DNA of 64,000 nucleotides, from positions 64,001 to 128,000 of the forward strand of contig CAVYRJ010000011.1 in the NCBI GenBank assembly GCA_963770935.1, read 5' to 3'. This stretch comes from Candidatus Bathyarchaeota archaeon. GTDB taxonomy: Archaea; Thermoproteota; Bathyarchaeia; Bathyarchaeales; Bathycorpusculaceae. Positions 1 through 9,231 of this stretch are shown piece after piece (positions within the stretch are counted from its first letter, which is position 1; each line of letters opens with the position of its first letter). The position numbers and the translations under genes were made by a program. Below the pieces are notes generated by a model. That model had not been told where the DNA came from. It searched no databases and saw nothing but the letters and a program-made list of their open reading frames with translations.

Positions 1-149
1 ACCCAATCTATCTGAATAGAGTTTGTCTCTAATACTTTATGAAGGCAGAATTCATACTTGGAGAATAGAATTTAGCAAGCATTACGAGCCAAAAGTTGCC
101 ACTTCAAGTCCGGCTTGACCAACAGCCACTTCACATTTTGTTTTGATGG

Positions 150-260
150 TTCCAGAAACTGCCGGACAACACCTTGCTCATCATATCTATCGCAGTTGTT
201 TTGGCAATCGGTGTCGGTAGGGCAATCAGCGTTTTCTTCTATCCAAAAAAGCTGAACTGA
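150..260 (+). CDS. 3' end of a membrane-anchored protein (C-terminal TM helix), partial
   Basis: Reads ...TTLLIISIAVVLAIGVGRAISVFFYPKKLN* (hydrophobic helix plus basic tail), followed by T-rich tracts. The upstream frame is broken. Confidence 0.4.
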   Translation, partial: FQKLPDNTLLIISIAVVLAIGVGRAISVFFYPKKLN

Positions 261-442
261 GCAAAACCAAGTTTTTAATCCTATTTTCTTCTTTTTTAGT
301 CTTAATTTCAGAGTTACTTGATAAAATTGCAGATAACTTGATTGGTTGTTGTGTCTTAGGTGCAGTCACATATTTTTAATAACCATTCCAGCCGCATGAA
401 TAACAATTACCGACCGGAGCTTTCGTTTGGAGGTGAATATAT

Positions 443-607
443 TTGCCTAATGATGAATCGAACCTTAAGAGAACAGCGCCAAGAGTCACTGTACCTGAAC
501 CTGAAAGAACATCGGATAAAAAATTCAAGTGCCCCTTAGATCAAGAGATCTATGATAACCGTGAGGATTACGAAGCACACTGCAAAGAAGAACACGACGT
601 ACTATAA
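443..607 (+). CDS. 54-aa C2H2-like zinc-finger microprotein
   Basis: GGAGGTGA SD at 429-436 and TTG start. Sequence MPNDESNLKRTAPRVTVPEPERTSDKKFKCPLDQEIYDNREDYEAHCKEEHDVL has F-x-C-x2-D-x12-H-x4-H. Not in the ORF track. Confidence 0.65.
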   Translation: MPNDESNLKRTAPRVTVPEPERTSDKKFKCPLDQEIYDNREDYEAHCKEEHDVL

Positions 608-677
608 ACACAGGTTAATCTATTTTGGTTCTAACGGAACAAGAAGCTTGCAGATATGGATGAAAAATGTTGATGCA

Positions 678-839
678 TCATCTTATTGCTTCGTCTATTC
701 TTGAGTCACGTTTTGTTTTTGTGACTTCCTTGAATAGTTCTAGGCACTCTTCTTTTGTTGGCGCTTCAATTCCTATGCTGCCATAAGCCCCTATGTCTAT
801 TCTGTATTTTCTTCTCTCTCTGTCTTCACCCTGGCTCAT
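678..839 (-). CDS. 53-aa hypothetical microprotein
   Basis: ATG preceded by purine-rich GAGGGGGAGAGGGG; MSQGEDRERRKYRIDIGAYGSIGIEAPTKEECLELFKEVTKTKRDSRIDEAIR. Confidence 0.5.
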   Translation of the reverse strand: MSQGEDRERRKYRIDIGAYGSIGIEAPTKEECLELFKEVTKTKRDSRIDEAIR

Positions 840-887
840 AGGCCCCTCTCCCCCTCAAATTGGAATTTAATTATCTATGTACACAAT

Positions 888-1671
888 TTATAAGGTTAAT
901 GCATGTTCATTCAGTAAATCAAGACTCTTTTTAGCATTAAAAACCACAAATACCGAATTTCGCAGATATCTACCAACTATCCCAACCAAACCAGCTGCAT
1001 TAGTCCCAAGCTTACAAGTAAGTGCATGCTCAAACATCCCCATTGTTTCGATGCCAATCACATCCCGATTCAACCGCGTTCGCTCAAGCACATTCTCAAT
1101 CGTCTTCTCTGAGGCACCTAAAATAATTAGTCTATCCAAAAGCGACTGCTGCCACGCCTTAAGCTTCTCAACCTGCTCCATCGACAGCTCCGCCGGCAAC
1201 AACTCGCCTTCCTCAGCAACTGGAAATAATGGCTTGATGCTTAGCGGTGAACGTTCAGCGAAAGCGAAGGCTTCCACGATTTTCTTCAAATCCTCCTTTT
1301 TGCCTTCAACCAGTTGCTCTTGCAAGCAAGCTAAAGGTATAGTTGCCAAAACTATTTTGGGTTCAAAAATTCCAACATCCACAACCAACTCTTGCTTAGC
1401 CAGGTCAAGTTTGGATATGTATCCTCTTAGAACATGGGTGGGTTTTTGCGTTTTCAAGACTTGTGGGGCAGGTACCTATTTCTTTGTTAATGTAGCTTGT
1501 CGCTATGGCTTCATCTTCGCCTGAAAGCGAAACTTGAACCCACCTGTTAGCGGAGTTGGTTAAAACTTTAACTTCCACATCTAATTCTTCGAATTGTGTT
1601 TTTAGCAATTCATCTATTTGTTTTACTTGTCCAAGGTTCGAAGCCTTAACTAGTAACGTTAATTCGGTCAT
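888..1671 (-). CDS. DUF2110 family protein (one frameshift near 1450)
   Basis: ORFs 1405-1671 and 888-1457 join into one protein. It lies in the conserved archaeal trm56-tfe-HD-DUF2110 gene order. Confidence 0.75.
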
Positions 1672-2198
1672 AGTTTGTTGCCTAGTAAACTGGTTATTTC
1701 TTCATGCAGCTTTCTAACTCTTTCTGCCGCTTCACTCTTATTTTCTTTCTCCAGCCGCCCAATCTCAGTTTCAATCGGAATTCTTTTCGACTGATCAATC
1801 AGTTTGTCAGCGAAGGAGACAACTTTCTCCTCCAGTGTTTGAGGTATGTAATTGTCTTTTGGCCAGCCCAGCCATTTTGCTTCCTCATCTGTGATTCCTG
1901 CGCCAACGTGCCGCTTAATTATGTTAATTACTATGTCTGGTAAGCCTATTTCTTTTGCTATTTGTGCTCCAACGATTGCGTGGTCGACTGTGTGCTTTTT
2001 TGAGCGGCCAAGATCATGCAAAAGTGCACCCGCCTCAACCAGTCGAATGTTAATTTTTAGTCCATTAGCTTCAAGTTTGGTAGCGGTTTCTACAGCTAAA
2101 TCGGCGACTGCTATACAATGGTTAACGACTTGAGTCGAACAGTGGTTTTTGCGGAGAAGTTCTATTGCTTGCTCCCTATTCGGAAGCCCGCTACTCAC
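1668..2198 (-). CDS. HD-domain phosphohydrolase (TIGR00295-like)
   Basis: HC...ALLHDLG...HAIVG...RHVGAG...EEKVVSFADK motifs; directly downstream of tfe. Confidence 0.9.
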   Translation of the reverse strand: MSSGLPNREQAIELLRKNHCSTQVVNHCIAVADLAVETATKLEANGLKINIRLVEAGALLHDLGRSKKHTVDHAIVGAQIAKEIGLPDIVINIIKRHVGAGITDEEAKWLGWPKDNYIPQTLEEKVVSFADKLIDQSKRIPIETEIGRLEKENKSEAAERVRKLHEEITSLLGNKL

Positions 2199-2703
2199 CC
2201 AGTTCCTTCCTTAAAACCTCAACTTTCTCGGAGAGTTTATCAATCATTTTCCCGTTTGCAAAATGCACAAGGTTCTTGCCGCAAGAAGAACAGTGAAAAA
2301 CTAATTCAACAGCATCTTCAAAAGGAACCCGTTTGCATTCTGGGCTGTCACAATAATAGAAGTCATGGTTTTTTTCGTATTCCAAACGTACATTGAGTTT
2401 TTCTAAAACACGCCTTTTCTGGCTTAAAATAAAGCCCTCAAGTTGGTCGGGTTGAAGTTTCCAATGAAAAATAAACCATCCTGTCTTGGGGTCGCGTGTC
2501 CTTCTAAGGCTCACAAGAGAGTGGTCATAGAGTTTATAGAGGATTTTGCGCACTGAATTAAGGCGGATACCTGTTTTATTCGCGATTTCATCATCCGTTA
2601 TCTCTTCCACACCTTTCAAGTGAGCTATAAGTTGTACCGCTTCTTCACCACCTAACGCCAAAGCAACTTTAGTTAAGGTTGAATCATCAATAGTAGATAA
2701 CAT
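2191..2703 (-). CDS. tfe: Transcription factor E alpha subunit
   Basis: wHTH (TDDEIA...VRKILYKLYDHSLV...TGWFIFHW) plus a zinc ribbon (CDSPEC...FHCSSCG). Confidence 0.95.
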   Translation of the reverse strand: MLSTIDDSTLTKVALALGGEEAVQLIAHLKGVEEITDDEIANKTGIRLNSVRKILYKLYDHSLVSLRRTRDPKTGWFIFHWKLQPDQLEGFILSQKRRVLEKLNVRLEYEKNHDFYYCDSPECKRVPFEDAVELVFHCSSCGKNLVHFANGKMIDKLSEKVEVLRKELGE

Positions 2704-2769
2704 ACTCTAATGTTCCTTTTTAATACCCATAATATTGATACTTGAGGTAATAAAACCCTTCCCAAAACA

Positions 2770-3333
2770 TTACGGAAAATCCACGTTATCGGTGTGGCTT
2801 TTGATCAATTTGCCTCTTTCCTTGGGAACAATCTCGATTTTGGCTTTCTCAAATGATTTAGCCAGTTCTTTACCTTCAAAGTAGCGGTCCAGAAAAATCG
2901 CCAAAGCTGAACACTCTGAGTGGGGCTGGTTTCCTACTGCCACGTTGAAATCTGAGAATTCTTCTGAGTAGAATTCGCCTGGAACCTTTTGGCTTCCCAC
3001 TAGCAACATAACGGGTTTGCCTGCAGCCTTTATTCGTCCGACAACATCGCTTGTTTGAATGTTCTCGCCGTAAGCTGTCAAATGCACAATGATGCCGCCT
3101 TTGGCTTTCCAGTCGCGGACAGCTTTTTTCCATGAGGTTCCCATTTCAAAGTGGAAGTTGCCACCCCAAGCTTTGGTGATTTTGGTCACGGTTTCCTGTA
3201 TATGAGCGTCTTCGACATCAGCTAAGATGAAGCCTGAAGCACAAAGTGCCCTAGCAGTTAGAGCAACATGAGTAGTCAATCGTACGTCACGTTGTGGTCG
3301 ATGTCCCCACCTTAACACAAAAACTTGGTGCAA
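2770..3333 (-). CDS. trm56: tRNA (cytidine56-2'-O)-methyltransferase aTrm56
   Basis: LRWGHRPQRDVRLTTHVALTARA, HLTAYG, VGSQKVP and NQPHSE motifs. The TTG at 3333, just after the hflX stop, is preferred over the ATG at 3369. Confidence 0.93.
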   Translation of the reverse strand: MHQVFVLRWGHRPQRDVRLTTHVALTARALCASGFILADVEDAHIQETVTKITKAWGGNFHFEMGTSWKKAVRDWKAKGGIIVHLTAYGENIQTSDVVGRIKAAGKPVMLLVGSQKVPGEFYSEEFSDFNVAVGNQPHSECSALAIFLDRYFEGKELAKSFEKAKIEIVPKERGKLIKSHTDNVDFP

Positions 3334-3334
3334 A

Positions 3335-4579
3335 TCATTGGGCGGCTGGGATGATTTGGAATTTTCCATTTAAATCTTCCACTTTTCTTCTTACTTGCTC
3401 AGTTATAGATAAGCTGGCTTCAAAATACACTTCGACAGAATCGTTGGTGAAGGTTTCTTTTTGGATATGGGTTTTTTCGTGAACCCAAGAGATAAACGGC
3501 ATCACCTTGCCTGTTAATGGTACAGAAAACTTGGCTTGCTGGTAATTTTCAAGGATTCGAAGGATTTGTTTTCGTAGTTCATCAAGGTTTGTTTGGCATT
3601 TTGCTGAAAGGAGAATTGGGTTTTTCACTTTATCTTTTAACGCTTCGAGTTTCTGCTGCGTTTCCTCAGGTGTTAGTTTGTCAATTTTGTTTAGAGCAGT
3701 TATAGTGGGTATGCCGCATGCTCCAAGGCGTTCAATTGTATCTAGGCAAACGTTGTTTTTCTTCTCGATGGTTTCTAAGGGCTCGTTTAGGTCAATTAGC
3801 ACTATTATCAGGTCAGAGAAGATGGTTTCTTCAAGAGTGGAATGGAACGCTTCGATGAGTGCAATGGGTAAGCGATCTATGAAGCCCACAGTGTCGGTTA
3901 TGAGGAACTTGCGGTTAGAAAACTCTACCATACGAGTCGTTGTTGAAAGAGTTGTAAATAGGGCATTATCCACTTCGACTGTGTCTTGTGTTAAGGCGTT
4001 GAAGAGGGAGCTTTTTCCAGAGTTAGTGTATCCTGCAAGCGAAATAGTTAGAAAACCAAGCTCAGTTCTTCTTTCCCGTTGAAGAACCCTTTTTTCCCGC
4101 ACTCTTTCGAGTTTTTTAAGAATTGTTTGAACCTGCCTTTTTATGGCATCTCGGTAAACATCTGCTTCGTAAGCGCCAAGACCCATAAAACCAGGCTGCT
4201 CACTTCCCTTGGATAATCTGACTTTTTCTCTGGCATGTTTGAGTTCATTTCGCACCATCGCAAGCTGAATTTGCAGTTGAGCTTCAGTTGTCGTAGCTCT
4301 TTTATTAAATAATTCAAGGATAAGGGCAAATCGGTCGATGACTTCGACTTTGGTTGCTTTTGCAAGGTTGTAGGTTTGTACTGTGCGGAGCTGGTTGTCA
4401 AAAATTATTTTGCCAGCGCCTGTTTCCTGCACCATTCGGGCGAGCTCTTCAACTTTTCCCGCGCCAATCTGGTAACGTGAATCAGGCGGACGGGTTTGCT
4501 CCATTGTGCCGACAATAGTGTAGCCAGCAGCTTGCGCTAATGCTTTAAGTTCATCTAAAGTTGATTCTTCACGATTCAA
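3335..4579 (-). CDS. hflX: GTPase HflX
   Basis: GYTNSGKS, LFTTLSTT, DTVGFI, NKID. The frame continues upstream (KTKAIIAQRR), so the true start may be hidden by an indel in the A-run overlapping the mbf1 end. Confidence 0.95.
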   Translation of the reverse strand: MNREESTLDELKALAQAAGYTIVGTMEQTRPPDSRYQIGAGKVEELARMVQETGAGKIIFDNQLRTVQTYNLAKATKVEVIDRFALILELFNKRATTTEAQLQIQLAMVRNELKHAREKVRLSKGSEQPGFMGLGAYEADVYRDAIKRQVQTILKKLERVREKRVLQRERRTELGFLTISLAGYTNSGKSSLFNALTQDTVEVDNALFTTLSTTTRMVEFSNRKFLITDTVGFIDRLPIALIEAFHSTLEETIFSDLIIVLIDLNEPLETIEKKNNVCLDTIERLGACGIPTITALNKIDKLTPEETQQKLEALKDKVKNPILLSAKCQTNLDELRKQILRILENYQQAKFSVPLTGKVMPFISWVHEKTHIQKETFTNDSVEVYFEASLSITEQVRRKVEDLNGKFQIIPAAQ

Positions 4580-4590
4580 TCGGCGCTGCG

Positions 4591-5151
4591 CTATGATGGC
4601 TTTCGTTTTTTGGGCGCCTCCCCGCTTTTCTCATCAAATTCGACGAGGTCCCCTAAAGTCATTTCTTCGTTTGCTGCCCTATGAACCTGAGTGTTAGATT
4701 TTTCGTCAGCAATAGGAACCATTAACTGGATTCTCAGGGCATGTTCAAGTTTTGTGGCTAACTGGTTGTTTGGCGCCACTTTGCCTGTTTCAATGTGTCT
4801 GAGTAATGAGGCTTTTTCGTTGATTTTTTTGCCCAAATCTTCGTGACTTAGAACAAGTTTTTCTCTTGCAACTCGAATCTTGTTAGCGTACCCCTCGATG
4901 AGTTCTGTGGTTAGCTGCACTTGGGCGACTGGCGGTTTTTTTAGAATAACTGGTAAATGCATTGTTGATTTGGTTGAGGATGTCGATGGGTATGTGGATG
5001 CGGTCTTCTGCGGAGCAGGGAAGTCTGCTTGTTCATGGAGAATTACTTTTCCATGCTTGGAACATTCTATACAGACAGTTAGTTTGGCTCCTTCGATTAC
5101 TGCTCTTACTGGTTCATCATGGATTTTGCGTCCGCAAACTTCACATCTCAA
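4591..5151 (-). CDS. mbf1: Archaeal multiprotein bridging factor aMBF1
   Basis: N-terminal CEVCG...VCIEC zinc ribbon, a Cro-like HTH and C-terminal TLGD. Confidence 0.93.
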   Translation of the reverse strand: MRCEVCGRKIHDEPVRAVIEGAKLTVCIECSKHGKVILHEQADFPAPQKTASTYPSTSSTKSTMHLPVILKKPPVAQVQLTTELIEGYANKIRVAREKLVLSHEDLGKKINEKASLLRHIETGKVAPNNQLATKLEHALRIQLMVPIADEKSNTQVHRAANEEMTLGDLVEFDEKSGEAPKKRKPS

Positions 5152-5233
5152 GAAACGTTCACCTTTTAACTGTCTTTATAATATTGATGTGTTTATACTT
5201 GTCGAAACAAAGCACTCAAACGATGATGAACTC

Positions 5234-5701
5234 ATGGAAAACAATCTAGCTAAAGTTAGAAGTATAGCTGACTACCAATTCGGAAAAGGCGTAGGCGCAC
5301 AGCTTTTCCCAGAAAACATCGAAATCCAGTATTCACCACGAACAGGCAGAATACGATACATCAACCTAAATGGCGAGCGGTTAGCAACTTTGCGCCCCAC
5401 CGATGGGTTACTTTCATTGAGCATCAAAGCCGCCCAATTCATGGCTGAGAAAACACCCTTTGCCAAATGCTTCGTTACCGCACAAAACGAGGTTTCAAAA
5501 TTTATAGCTGCTGGAGGAGACGTGTTCGCCGTTCACGTAGTCAAAGTTGATGATGCGGTGGGGGCTAAAGACGAAGTCATTGTCATAGGCGAAGACGGAC
5601 ATGTTTTGGCTGTTGGACGCACTACCCTTTCAAGCGGGGAAATCAAGGCTTTCAAAACTGGCGTAGCCGTTAAGGTGCGTCATGGGAGCAAGGAAAGTTA
5701 A
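5234..5701 (+). CDS. PUA-domain RNA-binding protein (similar to the archaeosine TGT C-terminal region)
   Basis: IADYQFG, SPRTGRIR, LATLRPTDG, GDVFAVHV and GVAVKVRHG motifs. The ATG at 5234 is preferred over the 4880 extension. Confidence 0.85.
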   Translation: MENNLAKVRSIADYQFGKGVGAQLFPENIEIQYSPRTGRIRYINLNGERLATLRPTDGLLSLSIKAAQFMAEKTPFAKCFVTAQNEVSKFIAAGGDVFAVHVVKVDDAVGAKDEVIVIGEDGHVLAVGRTTLSSGEIKAFKTGVAVKVRHGSKES

Positions 5702-5731
5702 TTTATTTTTTTTATTTGGCTCTGACGGGTT

Positions 5732-6715
5732 TTAGCGAAGGAATACTTGGTCCGATGCTCTACTTGACTTTAAGATGATCGGGCTGTCTTGCACGACTTG
5801 TTTTGAAGAGTTCCATGTGTCTTCAACTATAATCTGAAGTTCCTGGAGCACTAAAGCTAATTTTTCTCCTTTACAGGTTAAGGCGTAGAGTTTAGGTGTT
5901 CTTCTGACGAAAATTAGTTTTTTACCTTTCAAAGCTCTTAAGCACTTGTAGGTTCTTCTCATGGAAAGCCCTGCTTCCTTAGAGAGCTTCCCAGCTGGAA
6001 CTCCCTCGTCAGTTAGGTATTGGTAAATTTTTCGTTCTGAAGCTCTCAAATTTTCTTTCTCTGGGTCTCGTTTTGTTTTGAAGAAAAATATGTAATCCCT
6101 TTGGATGGGGGTTTCTACTAAGCCGACTGAGCGTAAGCGTTTGAGGGTTCGTGAAATGCTTTTTGGAGGTATGCGCGCTTCGATGTCTTCAAATGTTTTT
6201 GGTCCTGATAGTAAGGATTGCAGAAGGGTTTCTTCGTAGCATTCAGACTTAGTTGGAAGCATTTGGACAAATTCAGGGCAATTTTCAAGTAACTCGGTTA
6301 ACCGACCGCCAAACATTGTTGCGCAGTATTCGTCTTGTACTTCTGTAGCTAGACCTGCTCTTATTAAAGGAAGTAAATAGTCTTCGCTTAGGTTTTGTTG
6401 GCTGTAGCTGTTTCCTGTTTTTTTTAGAACTTTACGCAATTGACTAATTGAGCATCTACCGTTCGCAATTGCTAGTAGAATCTGTAATCTTGATTCATTT
6501 TTTAGTACGTTAAAGAGCTCTTTTGTGTAGTTGGGGTTATCCATGGTTTCTCGCAGGTTTCTTAACTCGTTTTTTAGTTTGTATACTTGGCAACGGGTGA
6601 TGCATTCCAGGGGTGATGTGGGTGCACAGCTTCTGCATTCCGCTTCAAGTGATTTCAGCATCCCTGCTAAGTCCTGGTTTTTTTCTCCTTTTCGGCTTAT
6701 TTGGATAGTTCCCAT
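5732..6715 (-). CDS. Hypothetical protein with an N-terminal 4-Cys motif and three winged-helix repeats
   Basis: CRSCAPTSPLECITRC, then three wHTH-like segments; AGGAGA SD and a TTTTAAG box upstream. Confidence 0.7.
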   Translation of the reverse strand: MGTIQISRKGEKNQDLAGMLKSLEAECRSCAPTSPLECITRCQVYKLKNELRNLRETMDNPNYTKELFNVLKNESRLQILLAIANGRCSISQLRKVLKKTGNSYSQQNLSEDYLLPLIRAGLATEVQDEYCATMFGGRLTELLENCPEFVQMLPTKSECYEETLLQSLLSGPKTFEDIEARIPPKSISRTLKRLRSVGLVETPIQRDYIFFFKTKRDPEKENLRASERKIYQYLTDEGVPAGKLSKEAGLSMRRTYKCLRALKGKKLIFVRRTPKLYALTCKGEKLALVLQELQIIVEDTWNSSKQVVQDSPIILKSSRASDQVFLR

Positions 6716-6840
6716 TTTTTATTCTCCTGCACTGGTTTATGTCGCGCTTAAAAGCGGTAACACAGCGAATTGGAGCACCTTGTTCTTTTGCTGTGATTTC
6801 AGAGCCTAAGCGCAAAGCTTATTTTTCAAACTACAGCCAA

Positions 6841-7242
6841 CTACGTTGAACACTTGCCCAGCCTTCGTACCTGGAGTGATATGTTGGGGAGCTGGGCGTG
6901 TTCTTTGCGTTTTCTGATCTGGGACCCTTCGTTGGAGAGAGGACATTGTTCGCAGGAAACTATCGTTTCAAAATGATTTTTCAGGCATTCCCTGTTTTTT
7001 ACTTTACTGCACACTTTTGAGGGCTGAACTATCTGCTTGTACTTGAGTATGCCTACGTCAAACTGTTCGAAGTCAGGTCGACCGTTTGGAAGCCAAACTT
7101 CAAGTGTGTTCTTCTGAAATAATTCGTGCAGGTTCTGTATATCTTGCCCTCTGATTATTGGCTGAAGAATTGTCTTACCGTTCTTCTCAAAAACCATCAC
7201 AGTTACGCATTTTAGTTTAGCCTCAGACACAGCGGGATTCAT
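6841..7242 (-). CDS. Hypothetical protein with a C-terminal Cys cluster
   Basis: 133-aa ORF containing CSKVKNREC...CEQC; same strand as the downstream wHTH gene. Confidence 0.55.
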   Translation of the reverse strand: MNPAVSEAKLKCVTVMVFEKNGKTILQPIIRGQDIQNLHELFQKNTLEVWLPNGRPDFEQFDVGILKYKQIVQPSKVCSKVKNRECLKNHFETIVSCEQCPLSNEGSQIRKRKEHAQLPNISLQVRRLGKCST

Positions 7243-7290
7243 TTGGGAGCCTCAGACACTTAAATCCAAAGCACCCTAACCCATAAAACG

Positions 7291-7352
7291 ATTCTTGTAA
7301 AGATTTCTTGTCACAAGAAAAATTGACCTAGAAAAAATGTTTTCTTGCAAAG
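7291..7352. promoter_or_regulatory. Candidate operator: palindrome TTTCTTGT-C-ACAAGAAA with flanking half-site repeats
   Basis: Perfect 8-1-8 inverted repeat at 7304-7320; TTCTTGYAAAG at 7292-7302 and 7342-7352; divergent intergenic region. Confidence 0.55.
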
Positions 7353-7431
7353 TCTATTCGACTAAACTCTTGGAGCTTTTTTCAGATAACTTCTAATGTA
7401 CAAAGATGCATTTGTTTTAGAGGGCATTGGA

Positions 7432-8752
7432 GTGTCTGGTTCAGAGGAAGAAATCTACTCCGTAATGTTTAGCTCACTTAGGCATCCTGCCCGCCGCAAA
7501 ATCCTCCGCATGCTTTCAGAAACAAAAGTAACGTACTCTCAGATGCTCGAAGAACTTGCTATTCCAAGTTCTCACTTGACATACCATCTAGAAAACTTGG
7601 GTGAACTTGTCGTAAAGGATAGTAATGGAAAGTACGAGCTTTCCAGCTTCGGCAAAGCTGCTGTTACAATGATGAGGGGAGCAGAAGAGGTTCCAGATAC
7701 TCATACTAAACGGTTTTCGGCTTTGCCTTTAAGATGGAAGACCCTGTATGCTTTCTTCACCATAGCCATAGTGCTTCTGGCAACAGTGTCATATATTCAG
7801 TTTTCTTCATTCAATAAACTGTCAGATGACTATAGTACTTTGCAAGAAAATTACGATGTCGTTAGCGAACAGAATCGGCATCTACTTCTATCAAACACGT
7901 CAAATGACGCTGACCAAGCAAGAACCATAATCCGGGACGTCCTTCAGATTGACATATCAAAGTACCAGTTAACACTTACAGGAGATTCAGTGCAAAATAG
8001 GGCAGATTTAGGCGGCCTTATCGAAGATATTTTGGAGTATTCGCTTGTAAACGACGCAAGTCGAATCGATTTAACCTTCAGGTTTAGGAACGGACACTTT
8101 TCGTTGGTTCAAATAAATCAGCTGGAGGGTGCACCAAATTTCCCCTTGCTCTACACTGAGCCGCAGCCAACCGATGTCATCCATGCTTGTCAAGGAATAC
8201 TTGAAAGGTACAGATCAGCTTTCAAGGATTCTTACTTGGATCAGATTAACACGTTAATGGCTTCAGCAAGCGTTAAAAGCGGTCAGATTCTCGGAGAATC
8301 GAAGCTTCAGGTTTCATCCTATAATGGCTATGCTGATGTTCTAGTAATGTTCACTGATAACGGAACAGACTTCCAAGCTAAAAGCCTACATCTTTCATAT
8401 GAGAACAACATCCTCACTGAATTTAGTGACGATTGGTTCTTGTTTAAGGTTGGAAGCGCTCACGTAAACATCTCTGAAGACCAAGCTGTGTCTGATCGCG
8501 AAGAACGCGGCAAAAGGCTATTCGTGGATTGCAAACGGAAAACAAGTAACGACTTTTCAAATTTTAGACAACCCAGTGTCAGCCCAGTTTTATCCTAAAC
8601 CTCAAGCATCAGATGTCTTCACATTGTACCCATATTGGTACGTAACATTGTATCTGGATAAAACGTATCCTGAAGGAGTCAGCCAAATAGCAGTTGGCGT
8701 CTGGGCAGACACAGGAGAGGTTTCAAGCATTCAAGCTCTAGCGACATCTTAA
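7432..8752 (+). CDS. Membrane-anchored ArsR-type wHTH regulator with a large extracellular domain (frameshift near 8490)
   Basis: SLRHPARRKIL...SSHLTYHLENL wHTH; TM helix YAFFTIAIVLLATVSYI; short coiled coil. The ectodomain continues in the +1 frame as LIAKNAAKGYSW...LYPYWYVTL...VWADTGEV...TS* (TAA 8750-8752). Confidence 0.8.
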
Positions 8753-8861
8753 GAGCTGTCACGGTTGCGCGTTTAGCAAATTTGTTCTCCTTTTTAATAA
8801 TGGCAATTGAAGTTAAGTTTATATCAAGTTACAGTGCAGTACTTCTTGGATGTGAACCTCT

Positions 8862-9231
8862 ATGCATAAACGCATGAATCCCCGAGAACAAAAACGTATG
8901 ATGCAACGCATGGGCATGAACATGGACTCGGTTGCAGACGTCCAGCAAGTCATAATCAGAACCGCAGACAAAGACATAGTTATCGATGAGCCCGAAGTTG
9001 CAATTCTGCAGGTTCAGGGACAAAAAATGTACCAAATCATAGGCGGACAAGTCAGCGAGCAAGCACCCTCACAAAGAAGCGCAAATGCAGCAGCTGCAAA
9101 ACCCGCGTTCTCTGAAGAAGACGTACAATTGGTGGCGGACCAAACGGGCAGAAGCTTGGAAAAAGCCAAGGAAGCCCTCCAAGGAATGCGGCGGCGATTT
9201 GGCGAAAGCAATTTTGTTGCTTCAGTCCTAA
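8862..9231 (+). CDS. nac: Nascent polypeptide-associated complex protein (frameshift near 9180)
   Basis: MNPREQKRMMQRMGM, NAC domain and UBA segment EEDVQLVADQTG. The proper end KECGGDLAKAILLLQS* is in the shifted frame. Confidence 0.92.

Noticed and set aside
450-498. ATGATGA...CTGA resembling a C/D box sRNA
   Set aside because: No convincing internal D'/C' boxes, and the region is better explained by an ORF with a strong SD and a zinc-finger motif.
877-1524. 215-aa plus-strand ORF and similar long antisense ORFs (for example 19062-19916 and 48094-48636)
   Set aside because: These are shadow frames opposite well-supported genes and have no motifs.
4880-5233. N-terminal extension of the PUA ORF
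   Set aside because: It is antisense to mbf1; the recognisable protein starts at ATG 5234.
5223-5271. Second ATGATGA...CTGA pair
   Set aside because: It overlaps the PUA gene start and lacks internal boxes and a terminal stem.
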